From a virus: a stretch of DNA of 64,000 nucleotides. The DNA lies in the IMG/VR virus record IMGVR_UViG_3300021077_000087, positions 1 to 64,000 of that record, one strand, 5' to 3'. The notes under the pieces are model-generated. The model was not told the origin of the DNA. It saw only the letters and a program-made list of their open reading frames with translations, and did not search any database. Position 1 is the first letter of the stretch. Each line of letters starts with the position of its first letter. The translations under genes and the position numbers were made by a program. Below, one piece after another: positions 7,404 to 16,414 of this stretch.

Positions 7404-8611
7404 AATTGTAGTATTAATTTACGTTGTATATTTGCTAACCTAAACTCAAATATGCTGTCATATGCACAATATTTCATTAACTTTTCTTTACCACCAGGTT
7501 TAGCAATTAATTCTTCAATTCGATTTATTGAATTTGCATTTTTATCATCAACTGCTTTTAAATAAGGATCAATCTCTGATGAATAATCTATGATTCCAAA
7601 TTGAACATATGTTTGAAATTTAAGTCCTGTAACTCCTGGTCTGTTATCCAATAAGTGAGTTGCTAATTGTGTATCCCAAATCCATCCTTTTACTGGTTGT
7701 CCCAATATTCCAACACTCCATGCTTCTTCAAACTTCAGGTTTTGTGCGATCTTGTTGATTCGTCTGTTTGCAAGAAAATCTATAAACGGTTGTTGATCTT
7801 TCTTTCTTCGAGGCATCATGAAAACATGAACACCATCTTCATGATACGCAATAGAACAACATATTATTTTATGCCCTTTAGCATGTGGTTTCAAACCAGT
7901 GGTTTCATAATCGAAAGTAACTTCTGCTTGAGTTGAATTAACAAGATCATTTATGAAATTCAAATTTTCATGATAGAGTATGTCCGGTTCTTTGTGTATC
8001 GGAAAAGGTCTTTTCAAACATTTAAATGCTTGTTTCAAATCCAACTTCCATACGGTCAACACTTCAGGTCTTTCTTGAACTTGATAAGTATCATAAACAG
8101 GACATATCCATGCTTTAAAATCTTGATCAGGAATTGTCCAACCACGCCATTTGTCAATGTTATCAAAATCCTTTTTCCATCTGTGCCCTATTAAGCTAAA
8201 CAAAGCAGAATCCCCTAACAAGATTATCAATTTAGGTTTGTTTTCTCTTATTGTTTTAATAGTAGATTTTCTGCAACATTCAACTTCATAATTACTTGGA
8301 TCAAATTCAGTGTCAGGATTATAACAATGTCGTGCATAAGTTAACAAACAATCTTCAAACATATCAATATCAAACTCCTTCAGAGTTCTTCTCAAGAAAT
8401 TTGCATTTGAACTTTGGAATGCTTCCCCACGTTTATCATCCCTTTCCTCTGGTGCTGTTCCAATGATAAGTATTTTCTTTGCAAAATTACCTATCGCTGG
8501 CATCTTAGGAGTTTGACAATCTTTATATGCCCCACAACTTGCACAAGATAAAATCTTTCCATCGGAACGTGATGTGGATTCTGTCTGTTTTGCTGTAAAA
8601 AATCCTTTCAT
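7400..8611 (-). CDS. Family-4 uracil-DNA-glycosylase-like domain fused to the PolA-type 3'-5' exonuclease domain
   Basis: The N-terminus has CASCGAYKDC (Fe-S-type cysteines), IIGTAPEERDDKRGEAF (compare GEAPGxxEDxxGxPF) and LGDSAL. The C-terminal half has ExoI FDYETTGL and ExoIII-like YCAYDS. Confidence 0.8.
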   Translation of the reverse strand: MKGFFTAKQTESTSRSDGKILSCASCGAYKDCQTPKMPAIGNFAKKILIIGTAPEERDDKRGEAFQSSNANFLRRTLKEFDIDMFEDCLLTYARHCYNPDTEFDPSNYEVECCRKSTIKTIRENKPKLIILLGDSALFSLIGHRWKKDFDNIDKWRGWTIPDQDFKAWICPVYDTYQVQERPEVLTVWKLDLKQAFKCLKRPFPIHKEPDILYHENLNFINDLVNSTQAEVTFDYETTGLKPHAKGHKIICCSIAYHEDGVHVFMMPRRKKDQQPFIDFLANRRINKIAQNLKFEEAWSVGILGQPVKGWIWDTQLATHLLDNRPGVTGLKFQTYVQFGIIDYSSEIDPYLKAVDDKNANSINRIEELIAKPGGKEKLMKYCAYDSIFEFRLANIQRKLILQL

Positions 8612-9621
8612 TTACCTGCTTTAACAAGAATTATGAATTCCCAATTATCTCCAGCAAACTTCAAGATTCTGCCATTGAACCTACAAGTTAATACCGAAGC
8701 CAAAATATTTTTCAACAACATAGGTACTATCTCGAATTCGAGTTTTTTACCATCATATTTAATGTTGGCTTCTTCTTCAAATCTACCAGTATCACTTTGG
8801 CTGCTGATTTTAATTCTGTTATTTTCCAACGCTATCACTGCATCAACTGTATCGGATTCTTGTTTATGGAAAACACTCGCCCGATCTAATATTTGATTGA
8901 TAGTCCGTGGAAAAGTAAATTCTGTGCCCTTTACTTTCAAGAGTTCAGAAGTCTCAGGAAAACTTTCTTCAAATATCCTGCAAGACATAACCGTTCCCAA
9001 TTCTGTTTTGAAATGAACCCAACCTTCTCCATAGGATACTTTGATTGGGTTCATTTTGATAAGGGTATTCACTACAGAAGCAGGTATCAAAAAAGTATGA
9101 ACAGGAAATTTATTTTGTAAGGTAGTTCTCATAACTCTGAAACCATCTGAACCCTCTATATAACCAACTTCATTAACATGGACACAAGTTAAGACTGGTT
9201 CAGAATTATTTGTACCGCAAGAATACATAGCCATTTTCATTGCTTGTAAAAACTCTTCCGGCAAAGTTTTCCATTTTGTGATGGAACCTATTTCTTCCAA
9301 TGGAAGTGTTATTTCTGTTTGTAGTGTTAATCCTACTTTTACACGTCCGGCAGTTAGCAACACTTCGGATTCAGTGATCCCCACTTCAATATCTTCTTGC
9401 TTGATTTTCTTTAGAATCAAGTAAAGTTCTGTTGCTTGTATCGCTCCAGTAATTTCCATGTCTGCTACTGGATGAGAAATTGAAATTTCGTCATTATACG
9501 TCACAACTCTGCCTTCCATGAAAGCAAAGGAAGTTGATTGATCAATGACTTCTTTGTTTGCAAGTCCTGGCTTTACTATTTCCAAGGCACTGAGTAAATC
9601 TGCTTTTTTCATATTATTCAA
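8608..9621 (-). CDS. Sliding clamp (DNA polymerase III beta-like)
   Basis: 337 aa, immediately upstream of the exonuclease gene. The N-terminus LLSALEIVKPGLANKEVIDQSTSFAF...TYNDEISISH resembles beta-clamp N-termini. The call rests on context and size. Confidence 0.5.
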   Translation of the reverse strand: MNNMKKADLLSALEIVKPGLANKEVIDQSTSFAFMEGRVVTYNDEISISHPVADMEITGAIQATELYLILKKIKQEDIEVGITESEVLLTAGRVKVGLTLQTEITLPLEEIGSITKWKTLPEEFLQAMKMAMYSCGTNNSEPVLTCVHVNEVGYIEGSDGFRVMRTTLQNKFPVHTFLIPASVVNTLIKMNPIKVSYGEGWVHFKTELGTVMSCRIFEESFPETSELLKVKGTEFTFPRTINQILDRASVFHKQESDTVDAVIALENNRIKISSQSDTGRFEEEANIKYDGKKLEFEIVPMLLKNILASVLTCRFNGRILKFAGDNWEFIILVKAGK

Positions 9622-9701
9622 ATAAAGAATTAAGTTTTATTTTGATTTTATTATCTACAATAGTTTCTTGAAAAAATCCTTTCATCTTATTCTTATGTTT
9701 T

Positions 9702-10370
9702 TCAAATCTTTTTATTCCCATCATTAAAATAATCCTCATCTATTTCACAACCCCAAAAATCTAAACCTAAATCATAAGCTGCTATACGTGAACTTTGTGA
9801 TCCTAAATGAGAATCAAAAATCTTATCCCCTGGTTTAGCATAATTCTTTAATAACCATTTATAAAGTGCAATTGGTTTCTGTGTTGGATGAATTCTATTT
9901 TCTTTATGTTTCATATTTCCTTGAATCATACCGTTCCACGTGTATTTGAAAATACGAATAGGGGATTTAAAACTTGTCCATGCTAACTCACAATCACCAA
10001 AATTATTAGAACCATTATCTTTATCCCAAACAATCCAACAATTTGTAGGTTCTATGTTTTTTACCATATAATTTCCACCCCAAATAATTTGATTTTTAGA
10101 TACTCTAAACAACTCTTTAAAATATTCTGGTTTTGGAATCTCATTATCCCACTTTTTTAGAATGTAATTACTTTTTGCTGCAGCAGCTTTTCCAAATTGA
10201 GTTCCACTTTTTTTAGCTGCATCCTCGGCATACCCTATACCATATGGAGGATCAGGATACGCTAAATCAAAAAACTTATCAGGAAACTTTGACATATATT
10301 CCATATTATTTCCTAACCAAGTTTTGCTAATTGTTTTATTATTCATATCTACAAACATTTCCAGGTTCAT
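9702..10370 (-). CDS. DNA methyltransferase (N6-adenine / N4-cytosine type, beta class)
   Basis: Motif IV DPPYG near the N-terminus, then HPTQKP and the FxGxG-like FDSHLGSQSS near the C-terminus. The true start may be the internal Met at 10346. Confidence 0.8.
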   Translation of the reverse strand: MNLEMFVDMNNKTISKTWLGNNMEYMSKFPDKFFDLAYPDPPYGIGYAEDAAKKSGTQFGKAAAAKSNYILKKWDNEIPKPEYFKELFRVSKNQIIWGGNYMVKNIEPTNCWIVWDKDNGSNNFGDCELAWTSFKSPIRIFKYTWNGMIQGNMKHKENRIHPTQKPIALYKWLLKNYAKPGDKIFDSHLGSQSSRIAAYDLGLDFWGCEIDEDYFNDGNKKI

Positions 10371-10689
10371 CGGATATTTCTATTGCACTGATTGAAGCAA
10401 CTAACAACTTAAATTTATGGTAAAGCCAATGACAAAGATTTTCATTTGTAGTAGGCATTATACCAAAAATATCATTTAGATGTTTTTTGTGCAATTCATC
10501 TTTTATCCAATCTTTTATTTTATTCGTTTCATCTTCACCAAACAACAAACCGTTCTTGACTATGTATGAACTTCTTATTTCTACTCTTACTGTATAATTG
10601 TGTCCATGCATATTGCATTCATCCGAATCATACATTTCATACAAAGCATGGGAAGCTGAAAAATAAAAAGTTTTCGTAACGATATACAT
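10339..10689 (-). CDS. queD: QueD / PTPS-family 6-carboxy-tetrahydropterin synthase homologue
   Basis: FYFSASHAL...CNMHGHNYTVRVEI...HLNDI...PTTENLCHWLY aligns motif for motif with E. coli QueD as I remember it. Size is 116 aa. Confidence 0.8.
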   Translation of the reverse strand: MYIVTKTFYFSASHALYEMYDSDECNMHGHNYTVRVEIRSSYIVKNGLLFGEDETNKIKDWIKDELHKKHLNDIFGIMPTTNENLCHWLYHKFKLLVASISAIEISDEPGNVCRYE

Positions 10690-10781
10690 TTCATTTAAGC
10701 CTTTTCAAGAGACTTTATTTAAAAGTTAATACAGACTATTACTTTAGAATGCAAATTAAAATTTTAGTATTTGAAATAGAA

Positions 10782-11921
10782 TCAAACCGCATCTTTCGCA
10801 GAATCTGATACGTAGTTCGTAAATTTTATATCAAAATACTTGGAAGCTATTTTTGGATGCTGTTTTTGGAAATTATTTAACATTAATGTCGTACCATTCA
10901 CTTTGCAAAATTCCCTCAATGATTGCTTCTGAAAACAATTACCGGAATTGCACCAACTTTTAATACTCTGATACAAATCCTTGAATGGACTTTCTTTATG
11001 TCTTTCAAATTGCATAATGTATGGACGAGCACCTTGTTCCATTAATATTTTTACTCGTTCCAATAAATCAAGAACATCACGAATCCAAAAATCTAAGTCC
11101 CAAACATCATTTCTATCAAAACAACAGAAACAATATAAGACTGCACATGGATTATGTTTTCTGGTGTACTTATTCCAAAGAGTTAATTTTTTGATAATCA
11201 ATTCTCTGTCCTCAATACTATCGAAAGCAAATATGTAATTTCCTTCATACTTACTTTCGTTTAATACTTTTGCTTTTCTTTCCGTCAACAATCGAATATC
11301 CATTCCTTGCTTGTATTGGAATGGTTTCTTGGTTGCTTGTAACTCTAAAAATATTCTTTCCCAATGCTCCCCACAACCCAAAATATTATCATCCAAAAGA
11401 CAAATCTTTTTTCGGCTTTCATCCACAAATTCAGAAAGTGGTGAATGCACATAGACGTGCGTTTCATTTTTATTTACACAAAACTCACACCGTCGAAAGC
11501 ATCCACGTGTGCTGAAACCTATTGAGAAGTCAGTATAGTATTTGAAATACTTTTTTTCTCTGCCATGGAATCTGATCTCATTCTTTATCCATTTATCGTA
11601 CAAGTGATAATCGGGAAAAGCATGCTCAATTTTATGTGGTAGGTTTGGTGCTTTGTCATAAAAGAATCCTGTACCACCACATTCAACAAAAGGCAAACCC
11701 TGTATAAAATCAGGAATTTTTGAATCGGTAAAAACTTTTGATATGAATACCCTATCATATGTTTTACAAAACAATTTGTCTGGATTGATATCATTGAAAT
11801 GAATCAAAGTAACAGTATGTCCGAGTTTTTTATAATAACCGGACAACTTCATCAATGCCAAATTTGGAAAATTATGATCCTTCTGCAAAAGTAAATCTGC
11901 ATCAATGATACCAATATTCAT
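10782..11921 (-). CDS. Radical SAM enzyme with an N-terminal Rossmann / B12-binding-like extension
   Basis: CxxxCxxC cluster motif GCFRRCEFC at about residue 141, preceded by MNIGIIDADLL...LMKLSGYYKKLGHTVTLI. Its 379 aa is larger than a canonical QueE. Confidence 0.7.
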   Translation of the reverse strand: MNIGIIDADLLLQKDHNFPNLALMKLSGYYKKLGHTVTLIHFNDINPDKLFCKTYDRVFISKVFTDSKIPDFIQGLPFVECGGTGFFYDKAPNLPHKIEHAFPDYHLYDKWIKNEIRFHGREKKYFKYYTDFSIGFSTRGCFRRCEFCVNKNETHVYVHSPLSEFVDESRKKICLLDDNILGCGEHWERIFLELQATKKPFQYKQGMDIRLLTERKAKVLNESKYEGNYIFAFDSIEDRELIIKKLTLWNKYTRKHNPCAVLYCFCCFDRNDVWDLDFWIRDVLDLLERVKILMEQGARPYIMQFERHKESPFKDLYQSIKSWCNSGNCFQKQSLREFCKVNGTTLMLNNFQKQHPKIASKYFDIKFTNYVSDSAKDAV

Positions 11922-11960
11922 TTTAAATAAAATTAAAAGATTAACAAATCAAGTAAAAAA

Positions 11961-11988
11961 GTTAGGGGCAAAGAGATTCACCCCTAAC
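11961..11988 (-). terminator. Rho-independent terminator after the poly-Asp protein gene
   Basis: 8-bp stem GTTAGGGG / CCCCTAAC with a 12-nt loop, followed on the minus strand by TTTTTT. Confidence 0.65.
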
Positions 11989-12017
11989 TAATTTAATAAA
12001 CAACTGGGCCTGGTTTC

Positions 12018-12932
12018 TTACTTGCTCGGAACTTTTACATCCAAAGTCAAGTGTTTCAGGGATGCGCCGTAATTCTGGACAAGGTGTTTGGTCTGTTTTT
12101 CGTTGTCCTTACCACCCTTGGCAACGTACATTGCGTTGGCTTTGGTAATCCAATCTTCCATCGTTTTTGGCTTTTTGGTTTGCAAAGTGATCAATACGCA
12201 GTCCAAGCGGTTGAATTCCAACCTGACGAATGCTTTTCCTTTTTCTTTCTTTTCTGCAGGAGCAGCAGCTTTCTTTTTGCTGACAGGTTCGTCATCATCG
12301 TCGTCATCATCATCGTCGTCATCATCAGGCAGAAGGGCAGTCATTGCTTTGCGCAACGCACCGGCTTTGGCATAATTTGGTAATTCTTTCTTCAGACTTT
12401 TGAAGATAGGATTGCTTTTTGCCAATGCTTTCAACTCTTCCAAAGTGCCTCCTGCGATTTGATCTTCCAAACTTGCTTCGGAATCATCATCATCGTCATC
12501 TTCAACTACGACAGGAGCAGCTTTCTTTTTAGCTGGTGGTTCCGGTGCAGGTGCTGCTTTTTTCTTTTTAGCTGGCACTTCAGGCTCATCGTCATCGTCA
12601 TCCTCTACAACAACCGGAGCTTTTTTGCCTTTCTTGGCAGGAACTTCAGGTTCGTCGTCATCATCATCGTCGTCATCATCGTCATCTTCAACGACTACTG
12701 CTTTTTTCTTAGCAGCTGGTGCTGCGGCAGCTTTTGCTGGTTTGGCGGTAAATTCGTCAATGACTTCCTGAGTTGTTTCAGAGAATTCATCTTCCGGTGT
12801 GATGTGCTTCATAGCTGCTTTGATTCCTTTGGTAAGGACATCGACATCACCTTTAACATTAATTGCGGGAGTTAATCCCATCACGTCATTCAGCTCTGTG
12901 GCTGCTTTTTTCAACTGTTTGTCTGTTGCCAT
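12018..12932 (-). CDS. Low-complexity protein with poly-Asp tracts alternating with Lys/Ala/Pro-rich segments
   Basis: 304 aa. It has four D-runs (up to 13 D) interleaved with EPEVPAKK(G)KKAP and AKKKAAPVVVED repeats. More ordinary N- and C-terminal domains flank them. The gene has its own terminator. Confidence 0.7.
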   Translation of the reverse strand: MATDKQLKKAATELNDVMGLTPAINVKGDVDVLTKGIKAAMKHITPEDEFSETTQEVIDEFTAKPAKAAAAPAAKKKAVVVEDDDDDDDDDDDEPEVPAKKGKKAPVVVEDDDDDEPEVPAKKKKAAPAPEPPAKKKAAPVVVEDDDDDDSEASLEDQIAGGTLEELKALAKSNPIFKSLKKELPNYAKAGALRKAMTALLPDDDDDDDDDDDDEPVSKKKAAAPAEKKEKGKAFVRLEFNRLDCVLITLQTKKPKTMEDWITKANAMYVAKGGKDNEKQTKHLVQNYGASLKHLTLDVKVPSK

Positions 12933-12991
12933 AACATTTAAAATTAATTGTTTTTGTAAACTACTCTACTCAATTTTGAGTTTTTCTTTTT

Positions 12992-14257
12992 TTAATGGTT
13001 TTCTGTAACTTCCCAATGCGTTTCTTTGTCGTTATTTTCTTGCGAGTATCTCAACGAAAAAGTTTTGAAACTGAATCCGGCTGCTCTTTGTTTGTCTTTT
13101 CCAATCACAAACCAAGCTTCACCATCATCTACATTTTTGTTTGCATGATTAGTTAAAGCAAAAATATATTCGGCCATAGCCCCCATAGCAGAAGCCCCTC
13201 GCAAGCCCCTCTTTCCATCTTTTCCTGAATGATGGAGTAACAAACAAGCTACACCCAATGCTCTCAAATCTCTCAGAAATGGATTGACTTTATTGTTCCA
13301 TTCACTGTTGTCATTTTCTTCTACTAATCCAAACAATGTACTTGCACTGTCAAGGATTATTAATTTGTAATTAGGATGTGTCTTGAGCCATTGTATAATT
13401 TTTAATTGGTTAATTCGATTTGATAAATAAAACTGATCTTCTGTTGCTATTTGATATTCCGGTATGGATAATATTCGCATCCGGTATTTACTTTGTTGAA
13501 CTCCCAACCATTCAAACTGAGCAATTCTTGATTCCATTTGCTGTTCACCAAGTTCTCCATCTACATACAGTGTTCCGGTTTGATTCTTAACCTGCCATGG
13601 ACCGATTTCTGCTTCATCACAAGCGTAATCTTTTAAACCTAAAATATAAGCAATAGTTAAAGATAACAAAGATTTTCCACTTCCATAGTTACCATAAATT
13701 ATGTTTACTTCTCCTTCACGCAACCATGGTTTAAGCAACATCTTTGGTGGTTCTCGTTTGTGCTTTCTTATTTCAAGAACACTAAGAATAAATTTGTTTA
13801 AATCTGTTTTTGGATTACTATAATTTGTTTTGTATTCACTGGCTAATTGTTCAGCATCTTCTAATTTTCCGGCAGAGATTAATTGATTAATAGCATTGTT
13901 GTATTGAATTAATCTTCGTTCTTGAAAATATTTGCTGGTTTGATCAATTAAATAATCTATGTTAACTTCTTCTTCTGATTCATCACTTAATCCTTGTAAA
14001 ATTTCTTCTATGTCCTCAACCTCATCTTTGGGTATTTTGTTATCTTTTATTTTTTGATAAAAAATGCTTTCAATATCACGTTTAGGTGCTACTTGAAATG
14101 CATTATAATATTCCATAACCCATAATGCAAGTTTTCGAGCACTGCCTGATTCTAAAAGTTTAATATCCCAAATAGAAGTTATTTGTTCAATAAATTCGGT
14201 GCTGGTTATTAAACCTATGATAATTTTTCTTTCTTGCATACAAATCAATTTACCCAA
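12992..14257 (-). CDS. Replicative helicase, DnaB/RepA-like RecA-fold ATPase
   Basis: Walker A GNYGSGKS, Walker B LIILDSAS and LLLHHSGKDG. The N-terminal helical domain is of the DnaB-N type. Confidence 0.75.
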   Translation of the reverse strand: MGKLICMQERKIIIGLITSTEFIEQITSIWDIKLLESGSARKLALWVMEYYNAFQVAPKRDIESIFYQKIKDNKIPKDEVEDIEEILQGLSDESEEEVNIDYLIDQTSKYFQERRLIQYNNAINQLISAGKLEDAEQLASEYKTNYSNPKTDLNKFILSVLEIRKHKREPPKMLLKPWLREGEVNIIYGNYGSGKSLLSLTIAYILGLKDYACDEAEIGPWQVKNQTGTLYVDGELGEQQMESRIAQFEWLGVQQSKYRMRILSIPEYQIATEDQFYLSNRINQLKIIQWLKTHPNYKLIILDSASTLFGLVEENDNSEWNNKVNPFLRDLRALGVACLLLHHSGKDGKRGLRGASAMGAMAEYIFALTNHANKNVDDGEAWFVIGKDKQRAAGFSFKTFSLRYSQENNDKETHWEVTENH

Positions 14258-15066
14258 ATATCACCAGCACGATTTTTATAAAATCCATCTTCAGGATCAT
14301 AATTGTAATGTATTCCATCATAAACTTTCGGAGGACGTGAAGCATTATTACCTATGGTTCGTTTAAATATTATCATTTCTTTTGGATCATCCAACCATCG
14401 AGATTGATTGATCCACGTTGACGGCATAGGAATAAATTCTTTTTCTTGCCAACGTTCGGATTCTTTTTGTGCATAAATGGCATTGCTTATTGTATTCCAA
14501 TCTGGAACATCTTTCTTTTTACAAAGTTTATCCCATGCAGTTTTTGCTTTTCCTTGGTCTGTTTTCTTTGGATATAACTTCCAAAATGTATGGAACATTA
14601 TTGGTGTTATTTTATTGAATTTAGAAGAAGAAGTGAGCAACGGCAGCATTTGTTTATTAGAACTTAAAGCATTTGGGGTACTAATTTCCATGGGATAGAA
14701 ATTAGGGGTGGTGGAATTTGTGTTAATTTTATTTAATTTCTCTTTTGCCCATATAAAATTAACTTTAATATAATGTCCTGTTATTCTGCTTTCATTTGCA
14801 TCTTTAACAATTATATTTTCTATTAGATGCAAATCAATTAATTGTGCTTTGTATTTTTGCAAACGAACTTCACTACAACCAATACCTTTTGCTACATATG
14901 AGTTTGTAGCTTTTACTTGATTGGTTTTTTGCCATTTAGCAGTATAATAATAAAACATATACAATCCACAAAGTTCGAGATAATGGGGTTGTCCAATTAA
15001 CAAATCCATTAAATATTTTGAAACCACAATAGGTTCATCATTATTATCAAAATTTATAGTTCCCAT
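14245..15066 (-). CDS. Hypothetical protein; possible replication initiator or helicase loader
   Basis: 273 aa, overlapping the helicase gene start. No diagnostic motif, so the call is from context only. Confidence 0.3.
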   Translation of the reverse strand: MGTINFDNNDEPIVVSKYLMDLLIGQPHYLELCGLYMFYYYTAKWQKTNQVKATNSYVAKGIGCSEVRLQKYKAQLIDLHLIENIIVKDANESRITGHYIKVNFIWAKEKLNKINTNSTTPNFYPMEISTPNALSSNKQMLPLLTSSSKFNKITPIMFHTFWKLYPKKTDQGKAKTAWDKLCKKKDVPDWNTISNAIYAQKESERWQEKEFIPMPSTWINQSRWLDDPKEMIIFKRTIGNNASRPPKVYDGIHYNYDPEDGFYKNRAGDIWVN

Positions 15067-15289
15067 TATTCAGAAGAATAAAATTAGACAAAGGAAGCCT
15101 CCAGCAAAAGAACAACCAGAACAGCCTCCAACCAAACTGGTTGTGTAGACTCTTTTACTGAAGGCATATATTTTATGACTATTGAAAACATACATTGGAG
15201 ATCGTTTTTAAAAGAATAGTCAAAGGTAAGTAAAAGAATCCGAATAAAAAAATAGCAAAGAATTTATTTTTTAATTTTTTTAAAAGCCT

Positions 15290-15637
15290 TTATTTAGTAC
15301 GTAGCATAGAATTTATTTTCGTTCGTGTTATTTCATCCTTATGCTTTGTTCTAAGCATAGATGTTTGCTTTGTGCGTTGCATTTGCTTCGGTGGAAAGTA
15401 TGGTTCCCATGTAAAAAACCAAGCAAAAACAGGACCTAATCTGCCTTCAATCCAAACACCAGCATCACCATTTTTCCTTGCTCTTTTGAAAGGACGTTCA
15501 ACAATTGTATATACTTCTCCAGCATAGGCAGTTTCTTCCCATCGAAGATCGTATTCAGCAGGAGTTATGGAAAGTATTAATTTGATTTGCTTTCCGACAA
15601 TACTATGAGCTTCTTTCTTCTCCCTTGTTATTCGCAT
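15290..15637 (-). CDS. Hypothetical protein
   Basis: 115-aa ORF. The C-terminus repeats SMLRTK twice. Confidence 0.4.
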   Translation of the reverse strand: MRITREKKEAHSIVGKQIKLILSITPAEYDLRWEETAYAGEVYTIVERPFKRARKNGDAGVWIEGRLGPVFAWFFTWEPYFPPKQMQRTKQTSMLRTKHKDEITRTKINSMLRTK

Positions 15638-15909
15638 GCTCGTACTTTGTCAAAGAATTGTTCAAATGGACTATCAGGGTCATCTTCAAGGTCAAGAATC
15701 ATTCTAATAACAAATTCAAACCAATGAATTCGTAAATCACCAAATCCTAAGTAATCTGAAACAGGATAATCATCATCTATTCCATGATTATCATTTGCGT
15801 CTCGATCAAACCAGAAACTAAAATTTAATTCTGGAAAAGTTTTATTGCAAAGAGCAATAAGTTCTTCTCTTTGTTCGGGAGTTAAAACATACGGTGTAAT
15901 TGTAATCAT
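15628..15909 (-). CDS. Hypothetical protein
   Basis: 93-aa ORF, overlap-coupled. Confidence 0.4.
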   Translation of the reverse strand: MITITPYVLTPEQREELIALCNKTFPELNFSFWFDRDANDNHGIDDDYPVSDYLGFGDLRIHWFEFVIRMILDLEDDPDSPFEQFFDKVRACE

Positions 15910-16115
15910 GATTTTTTAATTTTAATAGGTTTCCATTCATGTGAACAAATATTGCATTTGCGTTTACCATTCTTAATAGCAAACATATCAAAGCCACAAA
16001 TAGGACAAACTTCTTTTTCTTTTTTTGCAAAATTCTCAGCATTTTTAAGAATCCGAAGATATTCAGCATTTTGATTGTCAAAATAACTTTGACCCGTTGG
16101 TGTTAAATCTTTCAT
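15906..16115 (-). CDS. Small zinc-ribbon protein
   Basis: CPICG...CNICSH, two CxxC pairs in 69 aa. Confidence 0.45.
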   Translation of the reverse strand: MKDLTPTGQSYFDNQNAEYLRILKNAENFAKKEKEVCPICGFDMFAIKNGKRKCNICSHEWKPIKIKKS

Positions 16116-16414
16116 TTTGTTGTTGAATTATTTATTTTGTCATAAAAGGCATTTGTAAAGTCTTGTATGAATTTTGGTAACAGTCGTTCTCTCATATGCT
16201 TTTTGACAGAATAGATATAATCTCTATCGTACATTTGATTATAATTGGGATCAGCAATGCAAACATTACCAACAACAATATTATCGTGATCTTCTGTTGT
16301 AAAAAATGGAATTAAATCACTTCCTTTTAAATTTTTCAATATAAAAGACCAATCTTGTAATTTTTTTTCTAATGCTGTTTCTGCATCTTTGTCAATTCGT
16401 TCTTGTAAGTTCAT
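16112..16414 (-). CDS. Hypothetical protein
   Basis: 100-aa ORF, overlap-coupled. Confidence 0.4.
   Translation of the reverse strand: MNLQERIDKDAETALEKKLQDWSFILKNLKGSDLIPFFTTEDHDNIVVGNVCIADPNYNQMYDRDYIYSVKKHMRERLLPKFIQDFTNAFYDKINNSTTK

Noticed and set aside
10782-11921. Calling the radical SAM protein QueE outright.
   Set aside because: Its size (379 aa), its N-terminal Rossmann-like extension and the position of the CxxxCxxC motif do not fit canonical QueE. The window also lacks QueC, FolE and DpdA. I left it as a generic radical SAM enzyme.
12051-12875. Three plus-strand ORFs (12051..12383, 12088..12375 and 12459..12875) with poly-Ser or poly-Ile/Val runs.
   Set aside because: They are antisense or shadow frames of the poly-Asp protein gene. 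Their low-complexity composition mirrors the GAT/GAC repeats.
15842-16081. 79-aa ORF overlapping 15906..16115 and 15628..15909.
   Set aside because: It is an alternate-frame ORF with a poly-Lys stretch from an A-run. The two overlap-coupled ORFs in the other frames tile the region cleanly.
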